Shown here: positions 20,198 through 29,865 of the stretch, piece by piece
How the letters are laid out: every line of letters begins with the position of its first letter
How positions within the stretch are numbered: position 1 is the first letter of the stretch
Source of the DNA: Clostridiales bacterium
GTDB taxonomy: Bacteria > Bacillota > Clostridia > Christensenellales > CAG-138
DNA length: 64,000 bases
Direction: 5' to 3'
Assembly: GCA_004558525.1 (NCBI GenBank)
Contig: SFCQ01000004.1
Span: 15,345 to 79,344 of the forward strand
Program-made: the position numbers and the translations under genes
The notes under the pieces: generated by a model
Database searches by the model: none
Told to the model about the DNA's origin: nothing
Seen by the model: the letters and a program-made list of their open reading frames with translations, nothing else

Positions 20198-20201
20198 ACG
20201 C

Positions 20202-20438
20202 TTATATAACAATCTCATACACGCCGTCTATCGCTATTCCCGCCTGCTCCGCGGCCTGCACGAGCTTTGCGCGGCATTCAACAGGCGCCCGCCAGCTCAT
20301 GCCGCAGCCTGCGGTTATCTCCCTCGGCACGGGTATCAGCCTCCCCTCAAGCGAGCTTTCCGCGCACAGCTTTTCCATCGCCATTGCGGCGGTGGTAGTA
20401 TGGAAGGTGATTATGAGCCAAAGCTTCTTTTCCCTCAT
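20202..20438 (-). CDS. DUF3343-family small protein (putative Se/S carrier)
   Basis: Internal ATG at 20438 overlaps the upstream stop (ATGA). The 78-aa sequence MREKKLWLIITFHTTTAAMAMEKLC... is typical of DUF3343, which accompanies yedF and selenium genes. Confidence 0.7.
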   Translation of the reverse strand: MREKKLWLIITFHTTTAAMAMEKLCAESSLEGRLIPVPREITAGCGMSWRAPVECRAKLVQAAEQAGIAIDGVYEIVI

Positions 20439-21568
20439 CTTGCCATCTCCCGGACAGCATATATAGCCATATCCGTCTCCTGCTCCGTATTGAACCATGA
20501 AAAGCTGAACCTGACCGCGCCTATATCGCTCGTACCGAGCGCATTATGCATTCTCGGCGCGCAGTGTGCGCCGGGCCTTGTGGCTATGCCGTATGCTTGC
20601 GACAGCTCGTCCGCCGCCGCGCCTGAGTCATAGCCCGATATGTTCAGCGCGACTATTGCGGCCCTGTCGCAGGAAAAATCGCCGTATACGCTCACGCCTT
20701 CTATATCCTTCACGCCCTCATAAAAGCGGCGCATAAGCATGCTTTCTTTATTATGAATCGCCTCAACGCCCGTTTCAAGTATGAACCCGACCGCCGCACT
20801 AAGTCCGGCCAGGCCGTGGCCGTTAAGGGTGCCTGCTTCAAGCCTTGCAGGATACTCGCTTGGCTGCGTTTTGCTGTATGAATGCACTCCGCTGCCGCCC
20901 ACCTTAAACGGCTTTATCTCTATCCCCTCGGCTATGCACATGCCGCCCGTGCCCTGCGGCCCCATAAGCCCCTTGTGGCCCGTGAAGCAGAGCACGTCTA
21001 TGCCCATTCTGCGCATGTCTATAGGATAGCAGCCTGCCGTTTGCGATGCGTCAACTATAATTATTGCGCCATGCTTATGCGCGGTCTCCGCAATGCGCTT
21101 TATATCCAGTATGTTGCCCGTAAGGTTTGACGCGTGGGTGCAGACTATCGCCCTCGTGTCCGGCTGCATAAGGCTTTCAAACTCATTATAGTCAATATTG
21201 CCCCTTTTGTCCGCAGGAACGAAGCTTAGCCTTATACCGCGCTCGGCCTCCAGCTTATATAGCGGCCTGAGCACGGAGTTATGCTCAAGATCCGTTGAAA
21301 CAACGTGGTCTCCGGCCTCTATAATGCCTGATATGGCTATGTTCAGCGCCTCGGTAGAATTCTGGGTAAATACCACATTGTCCGCCCTTTCGCAGCCGAA
21401 AAGCTTGGCTATATTCGCCCTTGCGCCATACACCGTGCGCGCAGCGTCAAGCGCGCCTTCATGCGTGCCGCGCGAGCAGTTGCCCATGCTCTGCATGGCA
21501 TGGACAACGGCGTCTATCACCTGCTGCGGCTTGTGCAGCGTTGTGGCGGCATTATCAAGGTATATCAC
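20435..21568 (-). CDS. Class V aminotransferase-fold cysteine desulfurase / selenocysteine lyase family protein
   Basis: 377 aa. N-terminal IYLDNAATT. PLP-lysine region CFTGHKGLMGPQG. Confidence 0.85.
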   Translation of the reverse strand: MIYLDNAATTLHKPQQVIDAVVHAMQSMGNCSRGTHEGALDAARTVYGARANIAKLFGCERADNVVFTQNSTEALNIAISGIIEAGDHVVSTDLEHNSVLRPLYKLEAERGIRLSFVPADKRGNIDYNEFESLMQPDTRAIVCTHASNLTGNILDIKRIAETAHKHGAIIIVDASQTAGCYPIDMRRMGIDVLCFTGHKGLMGPQGTGGMCIAEGIEIKPFKVGGSGVHSYSKTQPSEYPARLEAGTLNGHGLAGLSAAVGFILETGVEAIHNKESMLMRRFYEGVKDIEGVSVYGDFSCDRAAIVALNISGYDSGAAADELSQAYGIATRPGAHCAPRMHNALGTSDIGAVRFSFSWFNTEQETDMAIYAVREMAR

Positions 21569-22173
21569 GGCTTTATTACCTTGGCGGCCTTGGCAAGCGT
21601 TTCAACTATAACATACATATTCGTAACGCCGCCGACGGCAAGCTTATCAGTAAGGCCATAATAGTTAAGGCATGTGCCGCAGGTGAGTATCTCAACGCCC
21701 TGAGCCTCCATATTCTTCAGATCCTCAACGGATACCGAGCCTTCTGTCGTCAGCCTTGCGCCGCCGTTATAGAACAGTATCGTCCTGGGCAGCGTTTCAA
21801 GCTGCGACAGCGCGAATATGAAGCCCTTCATAAGGGTCTTGCCAAGCTCATCGGAGCCGCGGCCCATTATGTCCGTATCTATAGCCACAACAAAGTCGCC
21901 CCGGCTGTCCGCTGCGCACCCTATCTCCACTCCGCTCATGTCAACGGGGCCTTCTATCTGCATCACTATCGAATAGAGCGAATCCGCAAGCTTTTCGCTT
22001 TTGCATTTAAGGCTTTTGCCGTTTGCAAGCCGCGTCAGGTTCTGTATGGCTATTTCGTTATCCACCTGCACCTCTAATGTGCCCGCTTCCCTGAACTCCT
22101 TGAGCGCCTTCGTGGCCTTTACCACCGGTATAGGGCACTGGTCGCCCACAGCATTGATCTTTACGTTTGCCAT
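21565..22173 (-). CDS. yedF: Sulfurtransferase-like selenium metabolism protein YedF
   Basis: 202 aa. TusA/SirA-like N-terminus with GDQCPIPVVK (the CP motif). DsrE-like C-terminal half ending in CGTCLNYYG. Confidence 0.85.
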   Translation of the reverse strand: MANVKINAVGDQCPIPVVKATKALKEFREAGTLEVQVDNEIAIQNLTRLANGKSLKCKSEKLADSLYSIVMQIEGPVDMSGVEIGCAADSRGDFVVAIDTDIMGRGSDELGKTLMKGFIFALSQLETLPRTILFYNGGARLTTEGSVSVEDLKNMEAQGVEILTCGTCLNYYGLTDKLAVGGVTNMYVIVETLAKAAKVIKP

Positions 22174-22192
22174 TTTTGTATCCTCCTGTAAT

Positions 22193-22966
22193 TTATCTTG
22201 CGCCCATGCCGCATATTGCCGCGCCTATGGCGCCCGCATAGCGGCCGTAAGCGTCCGCCTCAACCTTTTTGCCCAGCTCTTTTGAAAGCGCTTTTATTAT
22301 GTATTCGCATTCGCATAACCCTCCGGTAAGCGCCACCCTTTCCATGAGCCTTACGCGGCTGCATTGCGAGGCCACCTTTTTCACTATCGAGTCCACCACG
22401 CCAAAGGCTATGTTCTCCTTTGTCTCCCCCCTGCCTATAAGGCTTATCACCTCGGATTCCGCAAACACGGTACACATGGAGCTTATCGATACGCCGCCGC
22501 CCCTTTGCGCAAGGCTGCAAAGCTCGTCCGGCCGCAATGCAAGCGTGTTCGCCATGACCTCAAGGAATCTGCCTGTGCCTGCGGAGCATTTGTCGTTCAT
22601 CATAAAATCGGTCACGGCGCCGCGCTCTATGGTTATTATTTTGGTATCCTGGCCGCCTATGTCTATAACGCTCAGATCAGCGGCATTGTATAGGTAGCAT
22701 GCGCCCTTCGCGTGGCAGGTTATCTCGGTAACAGTCTTGCCGGCATACGGCACCGATATCCTTCCGTAGCCCGTTGCGGTTATAGAGGCGTTTTCCATCA
22801 TGCCCATATTTGCTTCTATATTCTGCTTTACGCTTTGAGCCGTGTCAACGCTTGACCAGCCTGTCGGCATTATTAGCTTATATGCTATTCCGCCCTTGTC
22901 CATGACAACGGCCTTTGTGCATGTGGAGCCTATGTCTATGCCTATATGTATCCTGTTCGTATCCAT
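22193..22966 (-). CDS. BadF/BadG/BcrA/BcrD-type ATPase (HgdC-like 2-hydroxyacyl-CoA dehydratase activase family)
   Basis: 257 aa. GIDIGSTCTK, IDIGGQDTK, and the cluster-ligand cysteines in NDKCSAGTGRF and SMCTVFAESE. Confidence 0.85.
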   Translation of the reverse strand: MDTNRIHIGIDIGSTCTKAVVMDKGGIAYKLIMPTGWSSVDTAQSVKQNIEANMGMMENASITATGYGRISVPYAGKTVTEITCHAKGACYLYNAADLSVIDIGGQDTKIITIERGAVTDFMMNDKCSAGTGRFLEVMANTLALRPDELCSLAQRGGGVSISSMCTVFAESEVISLIGRGETKENIAFGVVDSIVKKVASQCSRVRLMERVALTGGLCECEYIIKALSKELGKKVEADAYGRYAGAIGAAICGMGAR

Positions 22967-23037
22967 ATCGTCAATTCAGCTTTTGTTTCATTTTTTCGGA
23001 GGGCCGTATCCATCGCCCGACCTCCGCTCCCGATGCT

Positions 23038-23111
23038 ATTATACAGCATGGCAGGCGCTTTTCCCAATTCGTATGTATTCAAATAACCGATGGTATGCTT
23101 ATACTATCGGT
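23038..23111 (-). promoter_or_regulatory. Extended -10 promoter plus a 10-bp-arm inverted repeat upstream of the activase-yedF operon
   Basis: On the minus strand, TGTATAAT at 23038-23045. Inverted repeat ACCGATGGTA-N6-TACTATCGGT at 23086-23111 (9/10 arm match), immediately downstream of the GntR/FadR regulator gene. Confidence 0.35.
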
Positions 23112-23156
23112 CCTGCTTGTTGAAAAGGCGTCCAAATGCCGTTTGGGGCAGCCTGA

Positions 23157-23849
23157 TTATTTATAGTTATTCAGCCTAAGCGCGTTTATCATGTGCCTTA
23201 TGTGTATGCTCATGGCGTGGCTTGCGCCGTCGCCGTCTCTTTTAAGCATAAACTCCACTATAAGCGCATTATCGCTCCTTACTATATCCTTAAGCAGCTT
23301 TTGATTTGTCGAGATAAGCATAACCTCATGCACGGCGCTGTTTATTATCGGGAAAAGCCTTGTTATAAATTCGTTATGGCTTGCCGCGCCTATCATCTCA
23401 TGAAACTCCTGATCGGCGTCCGGCCAGTTGCCGCCGGACCTTAAAAGCCGGTTTATCTTCTTGGCCTGCTCTTCTATCGCCTTAAGCTCGCTATCCTCCG
23501 CCCTGGCGCAGGCAAGCATTACGCACTGCGGCTCAAACATAAGCCTTATCTCATACAGATCGCTGAGCCTTACGCGCATAAACTCGGCAGAGTCTATCGA
23601 AAAATCGCCAAGCTTGGGCAGTTCCTTGGATATAAACGTACCCCTTCCCCTGCGCACATACAGCACGCCCTGCGCTATAAGCGAACGCACCGCTTCCCTC
23701 AGAGTAGCCCTGCTGACCCCAAGCAAAGAGGCAAGCTCTATCTCATTGGGCAGTTTTTCACCCGGAGCAAATTTATTTTGCACAACTATCATATCGTACA
23801 GCGTTTCCGCCGTCCGTTCGGTAAGGCTCTTTGCTTTGCCGGCAGGCAT
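23157..23849 (-). CDS. GntR-family transcriptional regulator, FadR subfamily
   Basis: ATG at 23849 with a GGAGGAAG RBS. N-terminal winged HTH ([25 protein letters not shown]). All-helical FCD-like C-terminal domain. Confidence 0.85.
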   Translation of the reverse strand: MPAGKAKSLTERTAETLYDMIVVQNKFAPGEKLPNEIELASLLGVSRATLREAVRSLIAQGVLYVRRGRGTFISKELPKLGDFSIDSAEFMRVRLSDLYEIRLMFEPQCVMLACARAEDSELKAIEEQAKKINRLLRSGGNWPDADQEFHEMIGAASHNEFITRLFPIINSAVHEVMLISTNQKLLKDIVRSDNALIVEFMLKRDGDGASHAMSIHIRHMINALRLNNYK

Positions 23850-24041
23850 TTTTCGCTTCCTCCAGAGTAGTGTTATTATATAATTATACACTGTTTGGCG
23901 TCAAAATCAAGCCAGCGCTTAAGCATGCGCTTGTTTTCAGGGGCTTTTCAGTTTGCAAAAGCTTGTCAACTGATGGTACAATGTAAACGTATAAAGCAAT
24001 TAAGAAAAAAACGATTTGTGAAAGGACATGTTGAAATTAAA

Positions 24042-25775
24042 ATGAACCTTATAAAACGCTTCATCAGCTATTACAAGCCGCACAAAAAGCTGTTTTTTGT
24101 CGATATAGCCTGCGCGTTCATCGTTGCCGTGTGCGACCTGTTTTACCCAATAATAGCAAAGAACATAACCAACGTATACGTTCCCAACAAGCAGCTTGAC
24201 ATGCTGCTTAAATGGGCTGCGGTGATGCTGCTTATATACCTTATAAAGGCTGCGCTCAACTATGTTATACAGTACTGGGGCCACATAGTAGGCGTAAGGA
24301 TACAGGGCGATATGAGGCGGGACATGTTCAAGCATCTTCAAAAGCTGCCCTTCTCATTTTTTGATGAGAACAAGACAGGCGCAATAATGAGCCGCATAAT
24401 AAACGACCTTTTTGAGGTATCCGAGCTTGCCCATCACGGTCCGGAGGATCTGTTCATATCCAGCATAACGCTTATAGGCGCGTTTATCATGCTTGCCGGC
24501 ATAAACATATATCTTGCGCTGATAGTGTTCGCCGCGCTGCCCGTAATGGTATTCTTCGCCGTTAAAACAAGAAGCGAGATGAACTCCGCATTTAAGGATG
24601 CAAGGGTTGAGGTCGGCGAGGTCAACGCCAATGTCGAAACAGCCATCGCCGGCATGCGCGTTTCGCGCTCCTACACTGCCGATGCGCATGAAAACGCCAA
24701 ATTCGGCGTGGCTAACGAAAGGTTCAAAAAGGCGCGCGGCCGCTCATACAGGGCTATGGCCACATTTCACAGCGGCATGAACTTTTTTAACGACATGCTG
24801 TACCTGCTCGTGCTCGTCGCAGGCGGCTTGTTCTTCTATTACGGCAAGATAGATACGGGCGACTTTCTTGCCTTCCTTCTGTATGTTGCAATATTTATGA
24901 AGCCTATAAACAGGCTCGTCAGCCTGTTTGAGCAGCTTCAGGAGGGTATGACCGGCTTCCAGAGGTTCGTTGAAATAATGGATGAGCATGAGGAGGTTGA
25001 CGACGGCCTTATAGCGCCGGACGGGCTTGAAGGCAACATAGCGTTTGACGATGTATCCTTCCGCTATGTTAACAGCGACGCTGCGGACGAGGACGCAAAG
25101 GTGATATCGCACCTTTCCATGAAGATTGACAAGGGCAAGACCGTTGCATTGGTAGGCCCCTCCGGCGGCGGCAAAACGACGCTTTGCAACCTTATACCAA
25201 GGTTTTATGAAATAGATTCCGGCAAGATAACCATAGACGGTATCGACATACGCGACATGACCCGCTATTCGTTAAGGAAGAACATAGGCATAGTGCAGCA
25301 GGACGTTTTTCTTTTCAACGGCACCATACGCGAAAACATTGCCTACGGCGACCTTGACGCCTCCGATAACGATATAATCGAGGCCGCAAAAAAGGCCAAC
25401 ATACACGATTATATAATGACGCTTGACAAGGGCTATGATACAAACGTGGGCGAAAGGGGCATAAAGCTTTCCGGCGGCCAGAAGCAGCGCATATCAATTG
25501 CGCGCGTGTTCCTGAAAAATCCATCTATACTTATACTGGACGAGGCTACAAGCGCGCTTGATAACGCAACGGAGATGCTTATACAGCAATCGCTTACCGA
25601 GCTTGCCAAGGGGCGCACATGCATAGTTGTGGCGCACAGGCTTTCCACGATAAAAAATGCGGATGAGATAATCGTGCTTACCAAGGAGGGCATAGAGGAG
25701 CGCGGCACGCATGACGAGCTTATGCGGCTCAACGGCATATATGCGGAGCTTTATCAGTATCAGTTCAGGGAATGA
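24042..25775 (+). CDS. ABC exporter, fused permease/ATPase (MsbA-like)
   Basis: Six-TM N-terminal domain. GPSGGGKTT, LSGGQKQRISIAR, ILILDEATSALD. Confidence 0.9.
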   Translation: MNLIKRFISYYKPHKKLFFVDIACAFIVAVCDLFYPIIAKNITNVYVPNKQLDMLLKWAAVMLLIYLIKAALNYVIQYWGHIVGVRIQGDMRRDMFKHLQKLPFSFFDENKTGAIMSRIINDLFEVSELAHHGPEDLFISSITLIGAFIMLAGINIYLALIVFAALPVMVFFAVKTRSEMNSAFKDARVEVGEVNANVETAIAGMRVSRSYTADAHENAKFGVANERFKKARGRSYRAMATFHSGMNFFNDMLYLLVLVAGGLFFYYGKIDTGDFLAFLLYVAIFMKPINRLVSLFEQLQEGMTGFQRFVEIMDEHEEVDDGLIAPDGLEGNIAFDDVSFRYVNSDAADEDAKVISHLSMKIDKGKTVALVGPSGGGKTTLCNLIPRFYEIDSGKITIDGIDIRDMTRYSLRKNIGIVQQDVFLFNGTIRENIAYGDLDASDNDIIEAAKKANIHDYIMTLDKGYDTNVGERGIKLSGGQKQRISIARVFLKNPSILILDEATSALDNATEMLIQQSLTELAKGRTCIVVAHRLSTIKNADEIIVLTKEGIEERGTHDELMRLNGIYAELYQYQFRE

Positions 25776-25832
25776 GCTGTAAAATAAAAACGCAGCAGGC
25801 ATGGGGGGGGCTTCATAGAACAGCTTTATACC

Positions 25833-25873
25833 GCTTAGCCCCGCAGTATGGCGCACTACCTGCGGGGCTAAGC
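25833..25873 (+). other. 14-bp-stem hairpin downstream of the exporter gene, without a U-tract
   Basis: GCTTAGCCCCGCAG-N13-CTGCGGGGCTAAGC. Confidence 0.35.
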
Positions 25874-25987
25874 CGCACCGGCCAATTATAAACAAACTGT
25901 GATTATGATGACAAAGGGTCCCCATGTGCTGTATAATAGCGTAAACGGCGCCATAGCGCGCTATTTGCTGAATTGGAGGCGATTGCT

Positions 25988-26740
25988 TTGAAATACATCA
26001 GGTTTGCGGCTGCGCTCAGTCTGGTCTTTATAATGCTTTTTGCTGCTGTGGCCTGCACGGGAGCCGAGGCTGCTGCGGAGCCGGATCCGGGGGACGTGGT
26101 CAATATACCCGAGCCTACGCATACGCAGGCTCAAACAGGCCCTATGGCTTCTGCTACGCCGGCGAACACCGATGAGCAGCCGGAGGTAACCCCTTCGGAG
26201 CCGCAGAGCCCAGAGCCTGCGCAAACGCCGGACGATGGGCTGCCCTATTATCTTTATGTTGAAAAGGGCTCCTTTACCCTTACCATATATGAAAAGGACG
26301 AGCAGGGCGAATACACAAAGGTTCTTGCGGCATACCGCATTGCGCACGGCGGCAACAAAACGCCCGCCGGAACATATACATTAGGCGGTGAAAAGGCGCG
26401 TGAGCGCTGGCACGATTTTCCTGATGGAGGCACAGTGCAGTACGCCACAAGGTACGAGGGCAGGCTGTATATACATTCTCCGCTTTATGCAACCAGCGAC
26501 CCCACGCAGATGTGGCCGAAGTATTATAACGGCGAAAAGGGCATAGGGCTTGAATCCACCGGCGGCTGCCTTAGAATGGTGACCGAGGCCGCAAAGTTCA
26601 TATATGAAAACTGCCCCGAGGGTACAACGCTGAAAATAGTAAACGGCTCTCCCTTGGGCACCACCAGCGATGATGTCCCAAGCCGCAACGGTCTGCGCAT
26701 AGACCCGACGGATTACGAAACGCTTAAGGCAAAGGGATAA
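25988..26740 (+). CDS. L,D-transpeptidase (YkuD domain) lipoprotein
   Basis: TTG at 25988, 7 nt after GGAGG. Lipobox FAAVAC and a Pro-rich linker. Catalytic motif HSPLY...STGGCLRM. Confidence 0.85.
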   Translation: MKYIRFAAALSLVFIMLFAAVACTGAEAAAEPDPGDVVNIPEPTHTQAQTGPMASATPANTDEQPEVTPSEPQSPEPAQTPDDGLPYYLYVEKGSFTLTIYEKDEQGEYTKVLAAYRIAHGGNKTPAGTYTLGGEKARERWHDFPDGGTVQYATRYEGRLYIHSPLYATSDPTQMWPKYYNGEKGIGLESTGGCLRMVTEAAKFIYENCPEGTTLKIVNGSPLGTTSDDVPSRNGLRIDPTDYETLKAKG

Positions 26741-26784
26741 GCCGACTAAGCTCCATGCAGCTTTTATTCGATTCGGAGGGGAAC

Positions 26785-27891
26785 ATGCAGCGTATTATCA
26801 AGGTATTGGCCGTTACGCTCATAGCCGCGATGCTATGCCCTATGGGCTGCGGCTGCTTCTTCATGCCCGAAGACGCCGATCAGCCTCCTGTTAACATAAT
26901 GCAGACCCCGGCCGCAGAAACGCCCGCCCAGGCAGGCCAAACGGCTGAAGCGGAAAGCTCCCCCACTCCTGCGCCTGCGGTAAGTGTGGAACCTATGCAG
27001 ACGCCCGAGCCCGTATACTATAAATCAAGGGTGAATACGCTTAATTGCCGCAGCAGCGCGGATAAGTCGAACGATTCAAACGTAGTGTGCCAGATAGGCT
27101 TTGAGGATAAGGGGATATTTTTAGGCGTTGAAGGCGAATTCACAAAGCTCAGGCTTGAGGACGGCGCCGAGGTGTATTGCTACAGCGATTATCTTGTTAG
27201 CGCGGACACGCAGCTTTATGCATACCTTACGCCAAAGACCGCGCAAAAGATAGACATGCTTACGGGCAACCCTGTTTTTGAGGCTGACGGCGTTACGCCC
27301 GTAATGGTAAAAAACGAGCTTGTGGATATGCGCCTCTACCTTCCGGACGCTGTGTATGAGCAGCTTTTTGCGACGGAGCGCAACATAACCGGCGCGCCGC
27401 TGTATACAAGGGCCGTGCCGCTGATGCAGAAGGATACGGTAAAAAAGCTTGTCAAGGCCTATAATATGTTCAAGGCGGACGGATATACGCTGAAGGTATA
27501 CGATGCCTACCGGCCGCTGAGCGTGCAGAAAAAGCTGTTTGACATAGTGCAGAACAAGCACTGGATAGCGGACCCGAGCACTACCGCCAGCAACCATAAC
27601 CGCGGCTGCGCGATAGACCTTTCGCTTATAATAGACGCCACGGGCGAGGAGATAGTAACTCCCACGCCCATGCATACATTTACCGAGGAATCAGCGCGCA
27701 CATGCACCACCTGGAGCGACGAAGCCCGCAAAAACGTTGACTACATAACGGGGATAATGGCAAAATGCGGCTTCAATCATATAAAAAGCGAGTGGTGGCA
27801 TTTTGCGGATACGGATTCCAAGAAGTTTATGACAACAGATATTGACCTTGGCAGCCTTACCATGAAGCCGAGGCAGGAGGATAACGAATGA
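26785..27891 (+). CDS. Exported M15-family D-Ala-D-Ala dipeptidase (VanX/DdpX-type) with an N-terminal SH3-like region
   Basis: GGAGGGG RBS and a signal/lipoprotein-like N-terminus. Motifs YDAYRP, SNHNRGCAIDL, SEWWHF. Confidence 0.8.
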   Translation: MQRIIKVLAVTLIAAMLCPMGCGCFFMPEDADQPPVNIMQTPAAETPAQAGQTAEAESSPTPAPAVSVEPMQTPEPVYYKSRVNTLNCRSSADKSNDSNVVCQIGFEDKGIFLGVEGEFTKLRLEDGAEVYCYSDYLVSADTQLYAYLTPKTAQKIDMLTGNPVFEADGVTPVMVKNELVDMRLYLPDAVYEQLFATERNITGAPLYTRAVPLMQKDTVKKLVKAYNMFKADGYTLKVYDAYRPLSVQKKLFDIVQNKHWIADPSTTASNHNRGCAIDLSLIIDATGEEIVTPTPMHTFTEESARTCTTWSDEARKNVDYITGIMAKCGFNHIKSEWWHFADTDSKKFMTTDIDLGSLTMKPRQEDNE

Positions 27892-28415
27892 TGAAAAAGC
27901 AGAACCGAAGCCGCATACTTATAGCCGCAATAGCGCTGTGCCTTATAATGGCGGCATGTGGAAAGGGCGAACCCGCGCCAACAGGCGGCTTTGGCGAAAA
28001 GGACCTGGGCATAGCCATAGGCGGCCAAACGTATTACTTAAGGGAGGATTCCGCGGCGCTCATAAGCGCGCTTGGCGACGACTATGAGTACAGCGAGGTG
28101 GTCAGCTGTGTTTATGACGGAAAGGACAAGACCTTTGAGTACGACGGGATAACGATAGGCACGGTGCCCGTTGACGGCAAGGACCTTATCGAGGTCATAA
28201 CCCTTACCAGGGATAGCTACGCAACGCTGAGAGGAGCCAGGGTGGGCGACAGCCTTGATACGGTAAAGTCGCTTTACGGCGAAAACTATTTTGACGATGG
28301 TTATCTTACATATTCGCTTTCGGCAGATATAGAGGATATACATTCCGAGCGCATACAGTTTGAATACAGCGGCGATACGGTGACGCGCATATTCATCTAT
28401 TCGCCCAGCTATTGA
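27888..28415 (+). CDS. Lipoprotein of unknown function
   Basis: Overlaps the upstream stop (ATGATG). Lipobox LIMAAC. 175 aa. Confidence 0.6.
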   Translation: MMKKQNRSRILIAAIALCLIMAACGKGEPAPTGGFGEKDLGIAIGGQTYYLREDSAALISALGDDYEYSEVVSCVYDGKDKTFEYDGITIGTVPVDGKDLIEVITLTRDSYATLRGARVGDSLDTVKSLYGENYFDDGYLTYSLSADIEDIHSERIQFEYSGDTVTRIFIYSPSY

Positions 28416-28430
28416 TAACAGCGGCATAAT

Positions 28431-29852
28431 ATGGTATTCAGCTCGCCAACATTTATATTCCTGTTCTTTCCCGCGGTGTTCCTGCTCGCGTTTTTGTTAA
28501 GGCGCAGCATAAAATGGAGCAACGCGGTGCTGCTCGTTTTATCCCTGCTCTTTTACGCGTGGGGGGAGCCGGTTTATGTGCTTTTGATGGCGCTTACAAC
28601 GCTTATATGCTATATATGTGCGCTCGGCATAAAAAAGGCCCAAAAAAGCGCCGGCGGCGATAAGCACGGGCGCTTTTTCTGCACATTGGCCGTTATTTGG
28701 GGCATAGGCACGCTTGTGATATTCAAATACACAGGCTTTTTGGTGTCAAGCTTTAACTCTGTTACGGGCTTAAGCATACCCGTGCCGGACATAGCTTTGC
28801 CCATAGGCATATCGTTTTTCACTTTTCAGGCAATAAGCTATGTGCTTGACGTCAAGCGCGGCAACGCCGAGGCCGCAACAAGCTTCCTTGACGTGCTTTT
28901 GTATATATCCCTCTTCCCTCAGCTTATAGCGGGGCCGATTGTGCGCTATCAGGACGTTGCCGAGCAGATAAGGCAAAGGCATATAACCCTCAACGATACT
29001 GCGCTTGGGCTGAGGCGCTTCTGCTTTGGCATGGCAAAAAAGGTGCTTATAGCCAACACGCTCGCCTATACTGCGGACAGGGTATATGCCCTTACGGAGG
29101 CAGAGCTTAACGCGCCAATAGCCTGGCTTGGCGCGATATGCTACCTTATGCAGATATACTTTGACTTTTCCGGTTACAGCGACATGGCGATAGGCCTTGG
29201 CCGCGCATTCGGCTTCACCTTCAGGGAAAACTTCATGTATCCTTATTGCGCCGATTCCATGCAGGATTTCTGGCGCAGGTGGCACATATCGCTTTCAACA
29301 TGGTTCAAGGAATATGTTTATATACCGCTTGGCGGCAACAGGCGCGGCAGGCTGAGAACGGGCGTAAACAAGCTTACAGTCTTTCTGCTCACCGGACTTT
29401 GGCACGGCGCAAGCTGGAACTTTGCGTTGTGGGGCCTTTACCACGGGCTGTTCCTTATGCTTGAAAGCTACGGCCTGTTAAGGCCAAAACGCTGGCATAG
29501 GGCTTTAAGGCATATATACACCGTGCTTGCGGTAACGGTTGGCTTCGTGCTGTTCAGGGCGGATACCTTAAGCGGCGCATGGCTTATGATTGCAAAAATG
29601 TTCACCGGCTGGCAGTTCGCCCCGCTTTTCAACGCAAAGCTTTCGCTGCTTTTGAGCCCGATATGCATCGTGGCCCTTATAGTGTCAGTTTTTGCCTGTA
29701 TGCCTGCCGCCAACAGTATAGCAAACCGATTTACCGTATATCGGCCAAAGCTTGGATATGCCGTGTATTGCGCCGCATTGCTGCTGTTTATCGCCTGCAT
29801 TGCGTGCTTATCAACGGCAAGCTATAATCCGTTTATATATTTCAGGTTCTAA
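28431..29852 (+). CDS. MBOAT-family O-acyltransferase (AlgI/DltB-like)
   Basis: 473 aa, polytopic. Conserved FWRRWHISLSTWF.EYVYIPLGGNR and the GLWHG histidine motif. Confidence 0.88.
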   Translation: MVFSSPTFIFLFFPAVFLLAFLLRRSIKWSNAVLLVLSLLFYAWGEPVYVLLMALTTLICYICALGIKKAQKSAGGDKHGRFFCTLAVIWGIGTLVIFKYTGFLVSSFNSVTGLSIPVPDIALPIGISFFTFQAISYVLDVKRGNAEAATSFLDVLLYISLFPQLIAGPIVRYQDVAEQIRQRHITLNDTALGLRRFCFGMAKKVLIANTLAYTADRVYALTEAELNAPIAWLGAICYLMQIYFDFSGYSDMAIGLGRAFGFTFRENFMYPYCADSMQDFWRRWHISLSTWFKEYVYIPLGGNRRGRLRTGVNKLTVFLLTGLWHGASWNFALWGLYHGLFLMLESYGLLRPKRWHRALRHIYTVLAVTVGFVLFRADTLSGAWLMIAKMFTGWQFAPLFNAKLSLLLSPICIVALIVSVFACMPAANSIANRFTVYRPKLGYAVYCAALLLFIACIACLSTASYNPFIYFRF

Positions 29853-29865
29853 GGAGGGTACGCGC

